Assembly (NCBI GenBank): GCA_965240325.2
Contig: OZ251227.1
Location: 2,542,001 to 2,606,000, forward strand
Origin: Rebecca billardiae RCC1528
Lineage: Eukaryota > Protista > Haptophyta
DNA length: 64,000 nt
Reading direction: 5' to 3'
In this document: positions 62,501 to 64,000 of the stretch, in pieces
Position numbering within the stretch: the stretch's first letter is position 1
Layout of the letters: every line of letters begins with the position of its first letter
Notes under the pieces: model-generated
Seen by the model: the letters and a program-made list of their open reading frames with translations, nothing else
What the model was told of the DNA's origin: nothing
Database searches by the model: none
Translations under genes and position numbers: made by a program

Positions 62501-64000
62501 CACGCGTCGAAGAGCCGCGCCTGCGCGCCGTGCGTGAACGCGCGCACGGCGTGCCGCACGAGCCCGCGCTCGCGCGCGTTCTCCGCCCAGCCGCCAAACG
62601 CTGCGCGCAGCGTGCGCTGCGACCACCGCCCGGCGGCGGGCTCGAGCAGCGACAGCGCCTCGCGCAGCGCGCGCGCCCAGTCGGACCAGCCGAGGAACGC
62701 GCGAGCCAGGCCGCCCTTCATCGCGACCACGAGGGCGCGCCGCTGCAACTCGCGCGCGCGCACCTCGGCCGCCCACAGGGACCACGTCGCCAGCAGCGAC
62801 CCCGCCGCCCAGCGCTCGACAGAGGAGTCGAGCGTGCGCAGCGCGGAGGCGCGCGCCGCGCTGAACTCCATCCAGCACGAGAGCGCGCGCGCGAGCGCGC
62901 CGCCCATGAAGCGGCGCACGCCAGAGCGCAGCAGCTGCGCGCGCGATGCGGCCTCGTCCCACGAGCGCCACGCCTTGTGCACCGAGGCCAGCTCCCAGCG
63001 CACCATCACCACGGCCGCGCGCTCGAGCACGGACAGCTGCGCCACCGCCGTCCGCTTCCACGACGCGAACGCAAAGCCCACGCCCGTGACGGGGCCCTCC
63101 ACGAGCGCGGTGGCGGCGAACATGAGCTGCGCGCGCTGCGTCGCGAACACAGTCCACGCGCGCCACGCACGGCCCTGCGCCATCGAGGCGAACGCGCGCG
63201 CCGGCGCGGCGAGCAGCTCGCGCGCGCGCGCCAGCTCGGCCACGCCCGCGCGCCACACGTCAAAGAGCCGCGCCTGCGCGCCGTGCACCCAGTCGCGCGC
63301 CGAGCGGCGCAGCAGCGCGCGCCCGTGCGCGTTGTCCGCCCAGCCCGCAAACGCGAACGACTGCGAGCGCTTCGACCAGCGGCCGAGCGCCGTGCCCAGC
63401 GTGCCGCGAGCGTCGCGCACCGCGCGCGCGCCGGATACCCAGCGGTGGTACAGCCGCGCCGACTCGCCGTGCACCAACGCCTGCGCGGAACGACGCGCGA
63501 GCGCGCGCTCGCGCGCGCGCGCCGCCCAGCCGTCGAACGCGGCGTGCTGCGCGCGCAGCGTCCACCGGCCGAGCGACACGCCGAGCGACGTGCGCGCCTC
63601 GCCCAGCGCGCGCGCGCCGAGCGCCCACGCGCGGAAGAGCCGCGCGCTCTCGCCGTGCAGGAACGTGCGCGCGCCGCGCAGCAGCAGCGCGCGCGACGCC
63701 GCCTCCGCGTCCCAGCTGCGCCATGATGCGCGCAGCGAGCGCTGCGACCAGTGCGCCACCGTCGCGCCCAGCGTCGCGCGCATCGCCACCTTCGCGCGGT
63801 GGTCGTCGCGCCACGCGTCGAAGAGCCGCGCCTGCGCGCCGTGCGTGAACGTGCGTACGGCGCGCCGCACGAGCCCGCGCTCACGCGCGTTCTCCGCCCA
63901 GCCGCCAAACGCGGCGTGCAGCGTGCGCTGCGACCACCGACCCGCCGCCGGCTCGAGCAGCGACAGCGCGTCGCGCAGCGCGCGCGCCCAGTCGGACCAG
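44539..64000 (-). CDS. Giant Sfi1-like repeat protein A (>6480 aa, 5'-truncated by the window edge)
   Basis: The frame is open from 64000 to TGA at 44539-44541, with the same periodic (F/W)xxW repeats (RLFDAWR, AAFDGWA, ASWRSWD). It may instead splice to protein B. Confidence 0.75.
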   Translation of the reverse strand, partial: WSDWARALRDALSLLEPAAGRWSQRTLHAAFGGWAENARERGLVRRAVRTFTHGAQARLFDAWRDDHRAKVAMRATLGATVAHWSQRSLRASWRSWDAEAASRALLLRGARTFLHGESARLFRAWALGARALGEARTSLGVSLGRWTLRAQHAAFDGWAARARERALARRSAQALVHGESARLYHRWVSGARAVRDARGTLGTALGRWSKRSQSFAFAGWADNAHGRALLRRSARDWVHGAQARLFDVWRAGVAELARARELLAAPARAFASMAQGRAWRAWTVFATQRAQLMFAATALVEGPVTGVGFAFASWKRTAVAQLSVLERAAVVMVRWELASVHKAWRSWDEAASRAQLLRSGVRRFMGGALARALSCWMEFSAARASALRTLDSSVERWAAGSLLATWSLWAAEVRARELQRRALVVAMKGGLARAFLGWSDWARALREALSLLEPAAGRWSQRTLRAAFGGWAENARERGLVRHAVRAFTHGAQARLFDAWRDDHRAREAMRATLGATVAHWSQRSLRASWRSWDAEAASRALLLRGARTFLHGESARLFRAWALGARALGEARASLGASLGRWTLRAQHAAFDGWAARARERALARHAARSWVHGAQARLFDAWRDDHRRSAAARGTLDVALGRWSKRSQHRAFAGWAVNARGLALIRRSARDWVHGAQARLFDVWRAGVAELARARELLAAPARAFASMAQGRAWRAWTVFATQRAQLMFAATALVEGPVTGVGFAFASWKRTAVAQLSVLERAAVVMMRWELASVHKAWRSWDEAASRAQLLRSGVRRFMGGALARALSCWMEFSSARASALRTLDSSVERWAAGSLLATWSLWASEVRARELQRRALVVAMKGGLARAFLGWSDWARALRDALSLLEPAAGRWSQRTLHAAFGGWAENARERGLVRRAVRTFTHGAQARLFDAWRDDHRAREAMCATLGATVAHWSQRSLRASWRSWDEEVASRALLLRGARTFLHGESARLFRAWALGARALGDARASLGASLGRWTLRAQAAAFDGWAARARERARARRSAQAFVHGESARLYHRWVSGARAVRDARGTLGTALGRWSKRSQSFAFAGWADNAHGRALLRRSARDWVHGAQARLFDVWRAGVAELARARELLAAPARAFASMAQGRAWRSWTVFAMQRAQLMSAATALAEGPVTGVGFAFASWKRTAVAQLSVLERAAVVMVRWELASVHKAWRSWDEAASRAQLLRSGVRRFIGGALARALLCWMEFSSARASALRTLDSSVERWAAGSLLATWSLWASEVRARELQRRALVVAMKGGLARAFLGWSDWARALRDALALLEPAAGRWSQRTLHAAFGGWAENARERGLVRRAVRTFTHGAQARLFDAWRDDHRAREAMRATLGATVAHWSQRSLRASWRSWDAEAASRALLLRGARTFLHGESARLFRAWALGARALGDARASLGASLGRWTLRAQAAAFDGWAARARERALARRSAQAFVHGESARLYHRWVSGARAVRDARGTLGTALGRWSKRSQSFAFAGWAANTRGLALLRRSARDWVHGAQARLFDVWRAGVAELARARELLAAPARAFASMAQGRAWRAWTAFAAQRASLLAGATALKEVAGVGVAFGAWKLLTETELSVLAVAAGVVARWELSALLRAWRSWEQGASGARLLRTGVRLFVGGALARALSCWTEFSAARASALRTLDASVERWAAQSLRSSWAAWADQARALQLRRRALVIAMTGGLGRAFLGWLDWARALREALALLEPAAGRWSQRALHAAFGGWAHGARSRGLMRLAVRRAAHGALGRLFDAWRDDHRAREAMRATLGATVAHWSQRSLRASWRSWDAEAASRALLLRGARTFLHGESARLFGAWARGARALGEARASLGASLGRWTLRSQAAAFDGWAARARERALTRRAARSWVHGAQGRLFDAWRDDHRRRGAALAAAGGALGRWIRAAHGRAWRAWLAHADDRRRLRAGARALVSGPAAAAFDGWAASTRAHFDLLARAASVAARWELSASHRAWRSWADVAHARRLLHSSAARWRAGASARAFDRWAAGSALRARAARALGRWAVRAQAAAYDGWVAGARARALLRRAARDWAHGETARLFLRWADAALRVGVALAALRLSLGRWSMRAQHVAFGGWAAAARVGGVLRRSALALRRAAPARALRAWRAASAARGAARALLARAGAPLGAPLGRAWARLRAGARLRAVGHAATRALVGARARESARALRVWAAGLALARAARARLADADALRAALASARALARWARRAARGRERARARRAYAATASALALGCWRDRARAAVLVAALDAALDERRVGRARAAAFGRVAVAARRAAGRARGRRPRAATLLARPALSAWASAASARAAARRAGARLRRRAEARALLRWASAPPARTPREALLARAAARWRGRGLVGAWRALADGGALGRRARFALAMWRLGAPARAFARWTHAAARRAALRAALAAALRRWRTAAIDGAWSVLAEFALERMRVRVSIIELRSGGLRRALRGWEAGAAARRGAASLRAAGTRWRHAATAAALGAWRAAAPPRRAAALLRAGAAAFLRAPLGASLQRLRAHARAELGVRARAAAVLVRWELARMVGSWRAWREAEDARRRAAACARRWRAGALGGALRALRGAAAAARARRGAFGAALRRLAAGTRGAAFGAWRRAALGGRARAALGARAGARLAHGAAARALGTWRDAAAARRGAAAVLRGAAARWAAGARGAALAGWRAGAADRALARLIAPIAPSHALARALARWAVAATLARVLASQLGSSALLDARGALGAALLRARRAARLLALTRAQLASSATFCALKAEAAALGAWFRHAARARQTRARSGLARLRVLEAGFGVWLESLEARAVSRALLLATARHWAMRAEARALGAWRARGEAAAFSAALRGGARRAARRFAASTLGAHHAHWARAARARRAARAFRAHARRLRASWAAWNLVALARALDALGARARRGAALPAALGRWAALGRSRALRARALGRWAHARCAAAWRAWRGAHGRAERARAMLGAALGRWARLERARALGGWAARARARARLAAGVRALREPPALRALGTWRGRAAARLDLLSRVGGVVSRRELARLGGAWAAWLARGARADLLRTAAARWHGGALGGALGAWHGAARAARAARATLDAAARDWRGAARRGSWRGWREAARLRRLTRRAALALARGAAGRGFGAWARAAPRLGGARGAGALAARRWSMRALAAGFDGWRAGARARRLMAGGARGWLRGAQARAFDGWRGRVAARRALGAALAHWGSRELRGSWAGWREAARLRSLQLRAARTLAHGESARLLCAWARHAARLRGAAAALRLSLGRWSLRSQAAAFGGWAQNARARGLLRRAARGWARGALGRLFDAWRGALAERAALRAALGGAVRSWAGGAPRRALAAWAAAGRARGLVRRAAREWSRGAPGRLFDAWRAALARRAAALATADAVLARWASGALAGAWRRLRAALARERVHARAAQAFLHGESARLFGAWAEGARAVRGARAALGAALGRWSLRAQAAGFDGWRAGARARRLMAGGARGWLHGARARAFDGWRADARARAALRATLAHWASRALRASWAGWRAEERGARLQARAAQALAHGEAARLFHAWADGARRVGGARAALGAAVRRWTPRSRAAAFGGWAASARARGLARRAARGWVHGAQGRLFDAWRDDHRRRASARAALARPLAHWARGSVASAWRAWRANGALAALRLRAARAFLGGEAARLFGAWAAGARRVGGARAALRRSLGRWAESAAGAAFARWAARGRAERLQRRALARAARLGPARALEQWRTHVELVHGLRAVLAASVLRWQHGAAGGALRAWLGATSRGLALARRALGAGRGAALRGGWRAWRTHAAAARALPSAARSAAAALRLALARWRARARALRAARAFTGEARGALSRRASFGAWRQVARATRLGSRAARGWRAGALGGAWRALRAAGALGRLARYALALRHLDAPARALDAWRAWVERSHGAGAVLAAAALRWRHAALARGARTLRAATAPRALARRAAQRLAARGAAAAFRPWAARAVDARAARALARGALAIWARRAPAAAWRAWCAAADARRDADSLARGVAVQLLSPQRVAFAEWAARAARAEGVRARAARALVRWELAAAVATFNAWAAAAAAHASMRAATLAWQHGAWARALARWRWRARGAARAAAVGARSLGRWALRSQAAALGGWAQNARARGLLRRAARGWARGALGRLFDAWRGALAERAALRAALGGAVRSWAGGAPRRALAAWAAAGRARGLVRRAAREWSRGAPGRLFDAWRAALARRAAALATADAVLARWASGALAGAWRRLRAALARERVHARAAQAFLHGESARLFGAWAEGARAVRGARAALGAALGRWSLRAQAAGFDGWRAGARARRLMAGGARGWLHGARARAFDGWRADARARAALRATLAHWASRALRASWAGWRAEERGARLQARAAQALAHGEAARLFHAWADGARRVGGARAALGAAVRRWTPRSRAAAFGGWAASARARGLARRAARGWVHGAQGRLFDAWRDDHRRRASARAALARPLAHWARGSVASAWRAWRANGALAALRLRAARAFLGGEAARLFGAWAAGARRVGGARAALRRSLGRWAESAAGAAFARWAARGRAERLQRRALARAARLGPARALEQWRTHVELVHGLRAVLAASVLRWQHGAAGGALRAWLGATSRGLALARRALGAGRGAALRGGWRAWRTHAAAARALPSAARSAAAALRLALARWRARARALRAARAFTGEARGALSRRASFGAWRQVARATRLGSRAARGWRAGALGGAWRVLRAAGALGRLARYALALRHLDAPARALDAWRAWVERSHGAGAVLAAAALRWRHAALARGARTLRAATAPRALARRAAQRLAARGAAAAFRPWAARAVDARAARALARGALAIWARRAPAAAWRAWCAAADARRDADSLARGVAVQLLSPQRVAFAEWAARAARAEGVRARAARALVRWELAAAVATFNAWAAAAAAHASMRAATLAWQHGAWARALARWRWRARGAARAAAVGARSLGRWSMRSQHAAFGGWAQNARARGLLRRAARGWARGALGRLFDAWRGALAERAALRAALGGAVRSWAGGALRRALAAWAAAGRARGLVRRAAREWSRGAPGRLFDAWRAALARRAAALATADAVLARWASGALAGAWRRLRAALARERVHARAAQAFLHGESARLFGAWAEGARAVRGARAALGAALGRWSLRAQAAGFDGWRAGARARRLMAGGARGWLHGARARAFDGWREVVAARRAALGGATRALGRWLMRAQAAALGRWAASARELSLLRRSAGGWARGALGRLFDAWRDDHARRADALGAARATLAHWGARALRGSWAGWRAEVRGARLHARAAQALAHGEAARLFHAWADGARRVGGARAALGAAARRWARRGPAAALDGWREGARARGLQQRAATLFAHGPSAALFARWAAAARMLGGLRRAARGLARGPLGRALDGWRASGRRASAARRALATTVAHWSQRSIRASWRSWAAEAASRALLLRGARTFLGGEAARLFGAWAAGARLVGGARAALRRSLGRWTLRAQAAAFDGWAARARSRALHRRAAQALAHGESARLFHRWVRGARAARGARATLGASLGRWSMRAQHAAFDGWAAGARERALLRRSARDWAHGATARLFDAWRDGHRRRAAARAAARRALGRWAAGALGGAWRAWLAFGAARRTQRAGARVLVAGPAALAFDAWRGWAAARWRRLVAATGAMVRWELGSVHAAWRAWAARTAALLQLRASARTWARAAEARALRAWAPRARAARRARAAAAAAASHWSGQLLGTTWAGWAARGRAERLQRRALARAARLGPARALEQWRTHVELVHGLRAVLAASVLRWQHGAAGGALRAWLGATSRGLALARRALGVGRSAALRGGWRAWRTHAAAARALPSALRVQSAAAALRLALLRWRARARALRAARAFTGEARGALSRRASFGAWRQVARATRLGSRAARGWRAGALGGAWRALRAAGALGRRAHFALSRWRLSAPARALDAWRAWVERSHGAGAVLAAAALRWRHASLARAARTLRAATAPRALARRAAQRLHRPRAAHALRAWAAHAAAAAAAGGLLRRAARRWSAGAQRESWAGWRRTRALRARAALGARRLLRAALWRGFNTLAGAARAGRAGRGASARDAARTARDALELWRLRHSYARVASAQLAQSGLYGRFTAASRGVMRWQLYARYRDVSRERARGVALLLAVSRLGGALGAWRARARAQGDAATRLTHAAAVRELGDAARAFAGWAAGSRAAARTRAAAAAPASARRALRRRLAAALGVWLDAVSLRAVARELRGATRAHRRHAASRAAWRRWARHVAAAYLLAAPDAIATRVLAGPRFARWEEVTNRARARGAVRAWVVFALYASAVAERGALLRALTVFGAYTRALRKWSRACALRHVFDAWRVQWSLPEQLE
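48108..53950 (-). repeat. ~2.3 tandem copies of a 2580-bp (860-aa) coding unit
   Basis: Offsets 48171/50751/53331 and 50052/52632; the lines are nearly identical by eye. Confidence 0.93.
59219..64000 (-). repeat. At least 3.6 tandem copies of a 1311-bp (437-aa) coding unit, with a degenerate copy extending to ~58200
   Basis: Offsets 59327/60638/61949/63260, 60384/61695/63006 and 59722/61033/62344. Confidence 0.92.

Overview
Eukaryotic, very GC-rich genomic DNA with short GT-AG introns. A signal-plus-transit peptide on GrpE implies an alga with a complex (secondary) plastid; a haptophyte is plausible but is inference. The left 25.6 kb holds nine compact genes: a 5'-truncated O-fucosyltransferase-like gene, CDP-diacylglycerol synthase, plastid GrpE, TAF8 head-to-head with a small SET protein, an intronless TPR-CHAT caspase-like protease with 29 near-identical 120-bp repeats, a Rab-GDI homologue with a signal-peptide-like leader, a TPR/low-complexity protein, and a 6TM hybrid histidine kinase. 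Just upstream of the kinase is a 1.08-kb foldback element with 444-bp inverted arms. The right 38 kb (minus strand) encodes two tandem giant ORFs (~6,000 aa and >6,480 aa, possibly one spliced >12,000-aa gene). They consist almost entirely of Trp-anchored 29/33-aa Sfi1-like (centrin-binding-type) repeats amplified as 1017-, 1389-, 2580- and 1311-bp super-repeats. Most other long ORFs in the track are GC-driven shadow frames. All assignments are from motif recognition by eye; no searches were run.
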